Part shown: positions 1 to 8,914 of the stretch, piece by piece
Numbering within the stretch: position 1 is the first letter of the stretch
Layout: the number at the start of each line of letters is the position of its first letter
Virus record (IMG/VR): IMGVR_UViG_3300028392_001993
Location: 96,001 to 160,000 of that record
Direction: 5' to 3' (one strand)
Source: a virus
Length of the DNA stretch: 64,000 nt
Program-made: the position numbers and the translations under genes
Notes under the pieces: generated by a model
Told to the model about the DNA's origin: nothing
Seen by the model: only the letters and a program-made list of their open reading frames with translations
The model's database searches: none

Positions 1-719
1 ATAAAAGTATAAGGATAATCAAATATGGTTTCACTGACCACACTGAAGTAAGTGTCAATATAGGGTTCCGGACGAATATAAATCTCTCCCCATTCATTAT
101 TGAACAATTCGTGCTTGACAAATCTAGTGTCAGGGTTGATATTGGGAGTATAACGTTCTACTTCATACTCACGTGGCAGCAGTCGAACCGGGCGTAAATA
201 GCTGTCTAAATTGGTCCATAATGCTGAATCTAACAAATTGCGTTGTTCAAGTTCATTTAGCATTTGTACTCTGTGTGGACGACTGCGGCCATTTAAACAC
301 AAAAAAGTATGGGGCTTGTGAGTCTTTTGAAATATTTCATCTGTGCGTTTGGCTGCCTGCGTATTTTCCTCAAAGCGAAATGGCTGTGTTAAAAAATGCT
401 CAAACAACATGTGTGGGTATTCCGGGGGCAGGCGGCCGCCTGTGACTATTTTAATTTTGCCCGACAGCACAAGATCTTCTACTCCATACATGCGTATGTG
501 TTGAACAAATGTTTCAGACCCTTCTGCTGGATTAGAAAAAAATATGCGACATTGATCGACCATGCTTCTAATCCGATCAGCATTTAGTCGCAGTTGTTCC
601 CGACCTACAATATAAGTAGCACCCGGGATGACCGGGATTGTGTCAAATACGTGGTATGCCCGATCTGCGTAAGGCAACATCATTGGATTTAGTTCGCAAC
701 GATAGTCCAAGAATAGCAT
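1..719 (-). CDS. Glycosyltransferase-like protein (exostosin/GT10-like phage family), partial; runs off the left edge
   Basis: Not in the ORF track; translated by hand. ATG at 719 overlaps the upstream stop (TAATG) and the frame is open to position 1: MLFLDYRCELNP...KPHTFLCLNGRSRPHRVQML...PYIDTYFSVVSETIFDYPYTF. The FLCLNG-R-x-HR and (F/Y)xVVxET motifs match the paralog at 2935-3915. Confidence 0.7.
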   Translation of the reverse strand, partial: MLFLDYRCELNPMMLPYADRAYHVFDTIPVIPGATYIVGREQLRLNADRIRSMVDQCRIFFSNPAEGSETFVQHIRMYGVEDLVLSGKIKIVTGGRLPPEYPHMLFEHFLTQPFRFEENTQAAKRTDEIFQKTHKPHTFLCLNGRSRPHRVQMLNELEQRNLLDSALWTNLDSYLRPVRLLPREYEVERYTPNINPDTRFVKHELFNNEWGEIYIRPEPYIDTYFSVVSETIFDYPYTF

Positions 720-2086
720 TATCGTCTGCTCCAGGATTCACATTCTGTCCACCATCTTTTCATTTCAGGGAAGGTCCGTGAAAAGTCTGTACCGCGGCGT
801 TGATCATGTTCGCTAAAGAAACGATAAAAGTCTGCCCGGGCCTGGGAATGATCTTGTGCCTGAGCACTACGCATCCAAGCAATGTCACGATCTAATCGTG
901 CTACTTCGTAGTCTTTGAATCCATTGTACAGGTTGCTGTCTGTGGTTAGGTTTTGACTCATCCAGTCCCGAACTGACTCTAACTTTTGAGCATAGGATTC
1001 TGGGAGTACTTGCAGGCTTTGCCAGGCAGGTTGTCTTAGCACAGGCGTATCAAACCACACACGTTGATATGTTCGACTGTGTCGGCGACGTAGTTCTAGT
1101 ATGCCTTCCAGCAATTGTTGCAAACTGCTCACGCTCAGGTTATTCATTGTTATAATAAACGTCAGGCTGTTGTAACTAGGAACTTCAGTGAGATATTGAT
1201 CTACTCGGCTCCACACTAGATCAAAGTTCATGCCGTGTCGCATGTATTCTGCCTGAGCCCCCCAGCCGTCTAGACTCACATACTGCATAAAGTGTTCTAT
1301 GCGTCCATCGCAAATGGTTTTTAACGAAGTCAAGTAGCGATCAAACAGGCTCTGCTCCACTGAGAAGTTTGATGTAACGTTCAAGTGCAGTTTCTTTGAA
1401 GGATTCTCAATCACATAGTCAAACACTCTATAGGTGTTCCGATCCATCAACGGCTCGCCACCGGTCATTCTAAAGTGTTCTAGAGCAGGGTATAGCGTGG
1501 GCCACCACTTCCAAAATGCTTCTACGTAAGGATTTGTGTCCCGGGCAGGAATAGGGCGATTACGTCCGACGAAATGAGTAGGATCATTATGAATAGTACT
1601 AGTTGGGTAACCACCCCACCGATCAACTTCAGTCTGCCATGTTGAACTAAACTGTGGACTGCAATAACTACAAGCAAGATTGCAAGCATGATTAAAATTA
1701 ACTTCAACATAACTAGGCACAACATCTTCATCTCCTGAGGAATTCTCTATTTGATCAAAATCCACAGCGGCCCAGGGCTCTCCCGAACGGTAATGCCTGT
1801 CGCTGAGTTTGCCCTGGTCTTCCATGTTCCAACAGTAGGAGCATTCCGCAGGGCGTTCCTGCTTTAACATGATCTTGCGCTGTGCTTTTTTGTGTTCTGT
1901 ATTGTGCAAGGCTGCGGGATTAGTTGCTATCGATTCGGGATCAATTTCATGCAAGGGAGGATGATAACAACTATTATTAAGTCCAGTAGGCAAGTGCAGG
2001 CTCACCTGTTTCCATTTGGCCAAACATAGGGCCGGGCCCAGTTGATCTTTCATTTGTTCTGCACTGTATTGGAAATTGCTTTTCAT
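719..2086 (-). CDS. Radical SAM protein with N-terminal twitch/SPASM-like Cys cluster
   Basis: CxxxCxxC (CNLACSYC) and MTGGEP motifs; extra N-terminal Cys (CLAKW...SCYH...ECSYCW). Confidence 0.9.
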   Translation of the reverse strand: MKSNFQYSAEQMKDQLGPALCLAKWKQVSLHLPTGLNNSCYHPPLHEIDPESIATNPAALHNTEHKKAQRKIMLKQERPAECSYCWNMEDQGKLSDRHYRSGEPWAAVDFDQIENSSGDEDVVPSYVEVNFNHACNLACSYCSPQFSSTWQTEVDRWGGYPTSTIHNDPTHFVGRNRPIPARDTNPYVEAFWKWWPTLYPALEHFRMTGGEPLMDRNTYRVFDYVIENPSKKLHLNVTSNFSVEQSLFDRYLTSLKTICDGRIEHFMQYVSLDGWGAQAEYMRHGMNFDLVWSRVDQYLTEVPSYNSLTFIITMNNLSVSSLQQLLEGILELRRRHSRTYQRVWFDTPVLRQPAWQSLQVLPESYAQKLESVRDWMSQNLTTDSNLYNGFKDYEVARLDRDIAWMRSAQAQDHSQARADFYRFFSEHDQRRGTDFSRTFPEMKRWWTECESWSRR

Positions 2087-2105
2087 ATTTTAAACTCGGA
2101 TTGAT

Positions 2106-2960
2106 TTATTTTAAAGTAACAAAGTTCACATGATTTATTACAGAGCCAGGTTGTGTGTTGGGACATTGGCCACACTGCACATGCGGTTTTCCAAAATTAT
2201 CGATAAATTCTAAGAGATCTGAATCGGAGCAATCAGGGGTTAGCCCGGGCACAATATAAGGTGTCCATTGGTTGTAATTATGCGCGGCAACTCTGGTCAC
2301 TGTTTCATCTAATAGACCCGAGGTACTGCACTTGTATATCTTGCCATTGTGTAACAATGGACAAGTTTGTTGAATACATTTATCAAATGCTGTCATTGGG
2401 TCTGAGTTCCATGGCAACATATTATTATAATCATTGCGATATGTTTTGATAAACGTATCAGGACGTTTAACATGGAATCTAAAATTATTGTCAGTGACCC
2501 ATCTGTCTATGCCAAATTCATGTACCGGAGTCCATGCGTATCTTTTTGATATAGTGTCGATTATGCCATTGAGTTCAGGAGTGTCGACATGAACAGTAAT
2601 TTTAAAACTAACATTTCCTAGTTCATACATCAGATCAACGAGTTTTTGATTTTTGGCTAATAATAATCCATTTGTTGTAAATCTAATTTGTGAATTAGGG
2701 AGTAACTGTCTCAGCCCAATCAGCCACTCTTTGCATTCTGGATTGATCAATGGTTCGCCGCCAATGATGCCAAACTCGGGCAACTCAATTCGACTCAACC
2801 AAGCAGAAATCCACTGCTGTCCTTGCTCCCAGGATACGTAGCCTGAATGTTTTAAGTCGCTGTAGTTTGTACAACCCAAGCAAGACAGATTACATACCTG
2901 TGTAATCATGGTCTCTAAGAAAGGCAATGTCATCTTAGGTGACATTATCAAAGTCCTCAA
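2106..2960 (-). CDS. Radical SAM protein with C-terminal auxiliary Cys cluster
   Basis: CNLSCLGC, IGGEP and TTNG motifs; C-terminal CIQQTC...KC...CGQC. Confidence 0.9.
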   Translation of the reverse strand: MRTLIMSPKMTLPFLETMITQVCNLSCLGCTNYSDLKHSGYVSWEQGQQWISAWLSRIELPEFGIIGGEPLINPECKEWLIGLRQLLPNSQIRFTTNGLLLAKNQKLVDLMYELGNVSFKITVHVDTPELNGIIDTISKRYAWTPVHEFGIDRWVTDNNFRFHVKRPDTFIKTYRNDYNNMLPWNSDPMTAFDKCIQQTCPLLHNGKIYKCSTSGLLDETVTRVAAHNYNQWTPYIVPGLTPDCSDSDLLEFIDNFGKPHVQCGQCPNTQPGSVINHVNFVTLK

Positions 2961-3915
2961 ATTTCATTGTTAAAAATCTTTGATAATTATGTTCCAGTAC
3001 TGATTGCATATCATTGTACATCTTGTTCAATTCAGTGATACTCATGCTTGCAAGATAATTTAACACTTTTTTAATTTCAGTTTGGCTATATAGATATGGA
3101 TCTTGATCGTATCCTTCGTCCCACCATTGGTCAAATGTTTTAAATCCCAGTTGTTTCAAACGTTGTAACATGTACTGCGGGCCTTGAATTATGAAGGGAG
3201 TTTTGGTTGTGACAGATCTCCAAAACTTTTCAGTAAGAAAAAATACGTTTCCATTGCTAAATGTTTCACACACAACATCAACAAAAATATTTTTATACCA
3301 ATCACAAATCTCAATTATTGCATTTTCATTGACAATTGGATAGGAGTGTTTTTCACTGAATCTAATAGGAGCCTGGTTAATTAAATTTAATGCTTCCAGA
3401 TACTCATCACTTTGTACTCCAAAATAATATATTATATCTTCAAGTCCTAGATGCACACGATGAAATTCATTACCTGGTTCAAAATGGTATGTTAATAAAG
3501 TTTTGTCAGCATAATTGGTCCAGAGATGACTAGACATAATCAATCTAGTAATATTGCTTCGTCCAACAAAACATCCAAAGTGTTTTTGTATTTGTTTTTC
3601 TTTAGAAATGGATCTATTCAATTTCTGAAACAATTTTAATTCATACATCCAGGATGGGTGTTTAACTACACGAAATCTATCATAGTTTTCTAGAATATTT
3701 CCTGTATGAATTTCAATTTGATTGTAATCTATACCACTATCTGCTAGATAATCTAGCACGTTTTTTAATTCTGTTGTGGAAATATCAGGTGCCTCAAGTT
3801 GAAAATCAATTATTATGTTACCGTGCTGTGCAAGTTTATGTGCAATTTCGGTAGCAGTTGTTTCAACATTCCATATTCGACTGTCCCCGCTCTTGACAAG
3901 AATTCTATTAGACAT
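2935..3915 (-). CDS. Glycosyltransferase-like protein (exostosin/GT10-like phage family)
   Basis: FVDVVCET...FFLTEKFWR...PFIIQG...LKQLGFKTFDQWWDEGYD resembles the GT-B TEK donor-binding region; paralog of 1-719. Confidence 0.6.
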   Translation of the reverse strand: MSNRILVKSGDSRIWNVETTATEIAHKLAQHGNIIIDFQLEAPDISTTELKNVLDYLADSGIDYNQIEIHTGNILENYDRFRVVKHPSWMYELKLFQKLNRSISKEKQIQKHFGCFVGRSNITRLIMSSHLWTNYADKTLLTYHFEPGNEFHRVHLGLEDIIYYFGVQSDEYLEALNLINQAPIRFSEKHSYPIVNENAIIEICDWYKNIFVDVVCETFSNGNVFFLTEKFWRSVTTKTPFIIQGPQYMLQRLKQLGFKTFDQWWDEGYDQDPYLYSQTEIKKVLNYLASMSITELNKMYNDMQSVLEHNYQRFLTMKFEDFDNVT

Positions 3916-4741
3916 GACTGATTCCCTCGCACAACGTTAGTTTTTTAGTTGTTTCTATTGTTCTAAATTCTTTAAAAACATATTGATATTCCCAATCATT
4001 GGTTTGCTCCGTCGGCCAATGCAAACTCATCCATTGATTTAACAATGTATAGGCTTGATCTTTTGGTATAGACAATCCAAAGAATTTTTCCAGGTAGTCA
4101 ATAAGGTCGGGCCATCGTTCGGGCCAAATAATTAACTCCAATGGCATAACTGGCAATTTGCTCCGATTGAGTATGCGACGTCTTTCTCGAACTTTATCGT
4201 AAAAATTGCAGAGGTTAACAGTGACCCAGATTTCTTCTCCGTAGGCCTGTTTAAATTTTTCAATGTCGTTCTCATCTTGAAAAGTAAAATTAAACATTCT
4301 ACCAGCACCATATTTCATAGTGTATGCTCTGATTTGCCAATTCAATCCAAACATTGTGGTGGGTGCTATGGACAATAATTTTACATAATCAACTTGATTA
4401 AGATCCAATGCAGTATTATGGTCCATTAAATCAAGAATAAAGTGTTGTTGTTCTATAATTTTTTCTAGTTGTTGGTTTAATGGAATTAGTCCTGGGACTC
4501 TAGGATCTCCGAGATCCATGCTGATACCGTGATCAGTGTATTGCTTTAAACGATATTCACATCTGAACCAATCTCGATAATTGGTTGGATACAGATATTT
4601 CATTAGATAATCCAGGCGAGACATTCCTTGTAAATTTACCGGAAAAAACACAGACTCATCTAATAGACAAATATTTTTTGATATATTTTTGGCGGCCCCG
4701 ATGTCAGCATGTAGCACTAGAATTTGTTTGGACATTACCAA
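3908..4741 (-). CDS. Hypothetical protein, possibly sulfotransferase/P-loop-like fold
   Basis: 277-aa ORF overlapping both neighbours. A hydrophobic strand plus HADIGAAKN near the N-terminus weakly resembles a P-loop; function uncertain. Confidence 0.45.
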   Translation of the reverse strand: MVMSKQILVLHADIGAAKNISKNICLLDESVFFPVNLQGMSRLDYLMKYLYPTNYRDWFRCEYRLKQYTDHGISMDLGDPRVPGLIPLNQQLEKIIEQQHFILDLMDHNTALDLNQVDYVKLLSIAPTTMFGLNWQIRAYTMKYGAGRMFNFTFQDENDIEKFKQAYGEEIWVTVNLCNFYDKVRERRRILNRSKLPVMPLELIIWPERWPDLIDYLEKFFGLSIPKDQAYTLLNQWMSLHWPTEQTNDWEYQYVFKEFRTIETTKKLTLCEGISHV

Positions 4742-5661
4742 CCTTCTTGCTGACGGATCACATCAATTTCTCTAGTCATGATACCACGGTTCTGCCAATT
4801 TGATTTGTAGTGATGTTTGAAGAATTTACTTTGCTCGTATTCCAACATAGCAAGAGGCAGGTCTAGTGTTGTGCCCAGTTCTTCGGCCATTCTATTGGCT
4901 AGTAATCTTGGATCAGAGTCTTTCACAGTGTCCCACAGGTCACGTAGTTTTTCAAAGTCCTGTACCATGATATGATCTACATTGGTCAGCATGGTCATAT
5001 ATGTGCCCATACGGCTTCCGGCAATGCACCACATGCCGTTTTCAACATCTGTACCCACATTGTGCCATATGGTCAAGTTATCTAGATTGCGTTGATGCAC
5101 ACGTTGTTTAAAGTCTTGAATAGTGGGCCTAGCACCTTTGTTAAGACACATCTTAACACCTTCACGGAAGCCGGCACGCCAGGCGTGAAAAGGTGATTGG
5201 TTGGGATATGTTGTTGAGTAGCAGTCGTGCATGGCCCAATACATAGGGTCAAAACAAAACTCTACCACAGTTTCATCACTTCCGTCTGTATTCTCGTGTG
5301 TTTGCATATTCATCACGTGCGTTCGGGTCCACGACGATAAGCCGCCATTGCCGTACATGAGTCCGTTCACATGGTTACGAGCTCGCCATCGGAACACAGC
5401 CCGCTCATGTTCAGGTGTAGGAAAATCAAGCGTTTGGTTAAAAAACGCCGGATCGGGTATATTGTCTCCATCAATGAGGATAAATCGTTCAGTGCCAGAA
5501 GCCAAGGCCGCGGCTTTGTGTGCCGCATCGCTTCCTAATACACCATCCACACGCTTGGCCCAAGGCACCATGTTCCGAATGCGGATCCAATATTCTTCTT
5601 TTTCAGGTTCATCATATGATAGGTAAATGCAGTCTAAATCTGCAATGTCAATCGGATTCAT
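4735..5661 (-). CDS. GT-A fold (GT2-like) glycosyltransferase-like protein
   Basis: IYLSYDEP N-terminal strand, AAHKAAA helix, and FILIDGDN DxD motif. Confidence 0.7.
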   Translation of the reverse strand: MNPIDIADLDCIYLSYDEPEKEEYWIRIRNMVPWAKRVDGVLGSDAAHKAAALASGTERFILIDGDNIPDPAFFNQTLDFPTPEHERAVFRWRARNHVNGLMYGNGGLSSWTRTHVMNMQTHENTDGSDETVVEFCFDPMYWAMHDCYSTTYPNQSPFHAWRAGFREGVKMCLNKGARPTIQDFKQRVHQRNLDNLTIWHNVGTDVENGMWCIAGSRMGTYMTMLTNVDHIMVQDFEKLRDLWDTVKDSDPRLLANRMAEELGTTLDLPLAMLEYEQSKFFKHHYKSNWQNRGIMTREIDVIRQQEGW

Positions 5662-5980
5662 AAGTTTTCATACTCCATCTTTGGTGTGGTTCTGATTCAG
5701 GCACTACTATGGCCACGTTGTCGGGATAGCAAGGTGTGCCTGTATCTGCGGGTGCCAGTCTGCGTACAACCGGTTTCAATTCAATCAAGCGGCCATCTCG
5801 CACTCGAACATTCCGGGGCGATCGGGCATAGGTTTCGGCATCAACATCAATATATGTACCAGGTAGCTCTTCCATGCTGTAAGTTATTGGCTCACCTGCT
5901 TCATTGTGGTACAAGCGCCACGATACCGGGCTGGGCTCGGGCATGGCATGCAAAATTGCCCAGAATTCATCGGGGGTCAC
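5648..5980 (-). CDS. Conserved phage hypothetical protein
   Basis: 110-aa ORF overlapping both neighbours in the operon. Confidence 0.7.
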   Translation of the reverse strand: MTPDEFWAILHAMPEPSPVSWRLYHNEAGEPITYSMEELPGTYIDVDAETYARSPRNVRVRDGRLIELKPVVRRLAPADTGTPCYPDNVAIVVPESEPHQRWSMKTYESD

Positions 5981-6755
5981 GGCGCCATTCCTTTACATTG
6001 TAATGAAATGCACCATGTTGCATTATGGTGTTTACTCGTAATTCATAATCACGATATTCACAGATCAGTTCATCCACCCAAGGATCTCGCTTGGCAGCAA
6101 TAATGTGTCGCTTCATGTGTATAATTGTGGGATATCTAGCAAATGGCAAAGTGCAATTTTCTGGGCCAATGATGGTGGCCGCAATAGCATACACTACATC
6201 AGTTGATGGCGCTTGTTCGGGGAACTTTAACATAGCACGATAGTGCGGCCAGTTTTCAAATATATTGCGTACTGTCACAAAGAACTCTTGTGCTGTTGCG
6301 CTCAGGCGCCAATAGGTAATGGCATTGTACACATCTGGCAGGTTGTTGGCATCAAACACTTGTCTATAGTGTCTGGCACTGGCCCGGCGGTCTTTCCAAT
6401 CTCTGCAGCCAGTTGATACTACTACATCGCGATGACGCAACAAGTTCCACCAATGATCAATAGGACTGGTAATCAGCATATCTGCTTCTAGTTTGATTGT
6501 TTCACGGAATGGTGTGGCGTCGAACACTTGCCAGTCGTTGGCATAGGGATTGGCAGTATCGATAGGAAACGGGAACTCACGCACGTAATCAAACAACGGA
6601 CCAGTACCCACCGGCTCGTTGGTTAGTAAACAGATTTTTGCATCCGGGTGCCAGTATTTGATTGTTTTGGCCAGGGTCTCACTGCAATTCACGTAGTCTG
6701 TGTTTTGAGTATTGGTTGCTACTATCAAATAGCCTTTTTCTTCAACGGGTTTCAA
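5967..6755 (-). CDS. GT-A fold (GT8-like) glycosyltransferase-like protein
   Basis: GYLIVA...YVNCSETLAKTIK; TPFRETIKLEADML is an ExD variant of the DxD motif; PSTDVVYAIA. Confidence 0.65.
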   Translation of the reverse strand: MKPVEEKGYLIVATNTQNTDYVNCSETLAKTIKYWHPDAKICLLTNEPVGTGPLFDYVREFPFPIDTANPYANDWQVFDATPFRETIKLEADMLITSPIDHWWNLLRHRDVVVSTGCRDWKDRRASARHYRQVFDANNLPDVYNAITYWRLSATAQEFFVTVRNIFENWPHYRAMLKFPEQAPSTDVVYAIAATIIGPENCTLPFARYPTIIHMKRHIIAAKRDPWVDELICEYRDYELRVNTIMQHGAFHYNVKEWRRDPR

Positions 6756-7548
6756 TTATTTTCTCCAGATGTCGTTTGCCCATGGCATGAAAGTCTTGAT
6801 TGCGTATGGTGGTCCAGCGGGGTCGTTTGTCTTGATCTTGATAATCTATTCTGTAACAATCCTTGCTGGTTCTAGTTACAGTATGTTCAGGCGTAACACT
6901 GGCCAAGGCCCAGGGTATGCTAGAGTATTCTAGTGTTTGTCCGTTTACAATTGTAAGTGCTATACTCAGTGCGTAGTCATTGCGAAACATCGAGCCCGGC
7001 ATTTGGTATAGATCTTTATAGTGGCGCCAGTTGTTCTTGATCATTTGCATGCAGTCAAATATCAACTGGGCGTGATCACTACGTCTAAACATCATGACCG
7101 TGGCCCAACTCATAGGCATGTTGTACTCACCATACGCATTAAGGCCCACAAAGTTGTCTCGCCCAGTCAAGTCATATGCACCAGCATGCGCCAAAAAATC
7201 TTGGTTGCTATCTAATACAATCTTTAACTGATCGCTGGCTACCACATAGTCAGCATCTAGTACTAGGGTTTGATCCCATGGGGAAAGAGTATAGGCATCA
7301 GTTCTACCTGCATTGTGCCACGTAACAGTCGCCTGATAATCCTCAAACCAACGTGTTCCTCCTGAGGCAGCCGTTGCCGGAATAACTCTATCGAATCCAC
7401 CAACTCTTGGATCTCTTGCGCCAACGTCTGTGACGATGGCAGTAGGTATGTTGAGGTGCCTACGAATGTTTCGAGCACTCCACTCAGCCATAGCAACGTA
7501 GTCGGTTGATTCATTGTTAAAAGCAAATATCAGTGCACCAGTGGTCAT
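6742..7548 (-). CDS. GT-A fold (GT8-like) glycosyltransferase-like protein
   Basis: GALIFAFN...YVAMAEWSARNI; SPWDQTLVLDADY DxD motif; FRNDYALSIA; paralog of 5967-6755. Confidence 0.7.
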   Translation of the reverse strand: MTTGALIFAFNNESTDYVAMAEWSARNIRRHLNIPTAIVTDVGARDPRVGGFDRVIPATAASGGTRWFEDYQATVTWHNAGRTDAYTLSPWDQTLVLDADYVVASDQLKIVLDSNQDFLAHAGAYDLTGRDNFVGLNAYGEYNMPMSWATVMMFRRSDHAQLIFDCMQMIKNNWRHYKDLYQMPGSMFRNDYALSIALTIVNGQTLEYSSIPWALASVTPEHTVTRTSKDCYRIDYQDQDKRPRWTTIRNQDFHAMGKRHLEKIIETR

Positions 7549-7853
7549 CGGTTCTTGTTGAGGTTTTCGTGTTCTACACGCCAGGCGTTCATTTGTTCTT
7601 GCCAGCGTTCGTGTGACCGGGCAAATAGTTCAGGCACGTTTACCCGCACAGGAGTTTCATACAGGTCTAACAGTACAACATCCGTGTCTTGGGCACAGGC
7701 CAACAGCACACATTGCAGTTCTGATCCGGCTCGCCACATACCACCTGCGTGAGCAAACAACATCCGGGCCTCGTATTTTTCTTTTAGGGTGCGCCGTGCA
7801 GCCGCATGATCGAATCGAGCCCGTGCGTGAGCCACAAGTTTTTCAGTTTCCAT
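7545..7853 (-). CDS. Conserved phage hypothetical protein (start reassigned to ATG 7853)
   Basis: The track's ORF begins at 7868 inside the promoter; ATG GAA ACT at 7853 sits 7 nt after a TATAAT box. Confidence 0.65.
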   Translation of the reverse strand: METEKLVAHARARFDHAAARRTLKEKYEARMLFAHAGGMWRAGSELQCVLLACAQDTDVVLLDLYETPVRVNVPELFARSHERWQEQMNAWRVEHENLNKNR

Positions 7854-7859
7854 AGATTT

Positions 7860-7888
7860 ATTATACAAGAAAAAGAGGTAGAAGTCTA
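7860..7888 (-). promoter_or_regulatory. Sigma70-like promoter TAGACT-N17-TATAAT driving the glycosyltransferase/rSAM cluster
   Basis: Minus strand: -35 at 7888-7883, -10 at 7865-7860, 17-nt spacer; overlaps the terminator hairpin. Confidence 0.55.
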
Positions 7889-7896
7889 CCTCTTTT
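7866..7896 (-). terminator. Intrinsic terminator ending the tail operon (bidirectional geometry)
   Basis: Perfect 11-bp inverted repeat AAAAGAGGTAG-aagt-CTACCTCTTTT (7871-7896), with T-tracts on both strands. Confidence 0.85.
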
Positions 7897-7912
7897 GTGG
7901 GAGTTTAACCGA

Positions 7913-8902
7913 TTATGCTGTTGTGGCAGCAATAGTAGGTGTACCCCAACTACTGGTCAAAGAGGCGGTAGAAGGTGGTATATAGGTACACAATGTTGTG
8001 GGTGCAGTGCCAGTGATTGTGGTGCTGGGGCTTGATGTTGCAGTGCCACCTGAAATATTACAACTTTTTCCTGCACCAGATACCGCCGGTTGATACCAAG
8101 TGGTGACCAAGGTCAGCACTGTGGTTGATGTTTGTGTGGCTGTGGTTTGGATGTACTCGCCGGTATACGGTGATGTGGCATTGTTTAACTGGAATATTGT
8201 AGCCGGAGTTCCTGTAAGTTGGTACCATCCTGTGGTTGTGGCCAGGGTAGTTTGTGTACCGCCTGTGCCACCAATACGAGTTGTTCCTGTATAACTAGTA
8301 CCTGCAATAGTTTGAGCAGCCGAGTTAACCCGCCCACTAACATAAATTGATCCACATAGGGCGGCAAAGGCGTTCCAATCTGGATCAATGTCGGTACCAG
8401 TAGAACTTTTGCCATATTGTAATCTCACACGTCCACCTGCGTTCCAAAAGTAACGTGCTTGGTCAGCACTTGGGAATGTAACTGTGTGTGTAAAAGTAAT
8501 GGTCCAGGTTGTTTGAGCTGATCCTGTGGCTGCGGTCTTTGATGTTGTGCCTGTGAATGTTCCGTATTCTGTGCCCACTGCCGCGGCATTGCCGCGGTTG
8601 GTAGTGACTGAGGTGATGTCAGCACTCACGTTGGCCAAAATATTGATTGTGGTGCCTGCTGTGGGTGCTGACCTTGATGTGAGTGTGGTATTGGTTTGGG
8701 TACCAGATGAACTCAAGTTGTTGACCAATTGTGCCCATTGTGTTGCTGTGACTGTACCGGCTGTGGCTGCCGAAGTAAATGCTGTTTGTCCCCAGCCTTT
8801 GTCACCCGATCCTGTGGCCCAGATATCATTCAAACCACCTGCTGTGGTTGTGAATGTATTGTAATCTGCCGCTTGTATTAAACTTCCGCTAGTATATGTC
8901 AT
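7913..8902 (-). CDS. Thr/Gly/Ala-rich virion structural protein (tail fibre-associated)
   Basis: 329 aa, very T/S/G/A-rich, last gene of the tail operon; FPSADQARYFWNAGGRVRL motif. Confidence 0.6.
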   Translation of the reverse strand: MTYTSGSLIQAADYNTFTTTAGGLNDIWATGSGDKGWGQTAFTSAATAGTVTATQWAQLVNNLSSSGTQTNTTLTSRSAPTAGTTINILANVSADITSVTTNRGNAAAVGTEYGTFTGTTSKTAATGSAQTTWTITFTHTVTFPSADQARYFWNAGGRVRLQYGKSSTGTDIDPDWNAFAALCGSIYVSGRVNSAAQTIAGTSYTGTTRIGGTGGTQTTLATTTGWYQLTGTPATIFQLNNATSPYTGEYIQTTATQTSTTVLTLVTTWYQPAVSGAGKSCNISGGTATSSPSTTITGTAPTTLCTYIPPSTASLTSSWGTPTIAATTA

Positions 8903-8914
8903 TTCTGTTCCTAA

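Noticed and set aside
173-587. Plus-strand ORFs 173-445 and 396-587
   Set aside because: They are antisense to the uninterrupted minus-strand glycosyltransferase-like ORF running from 719 off the left edge.
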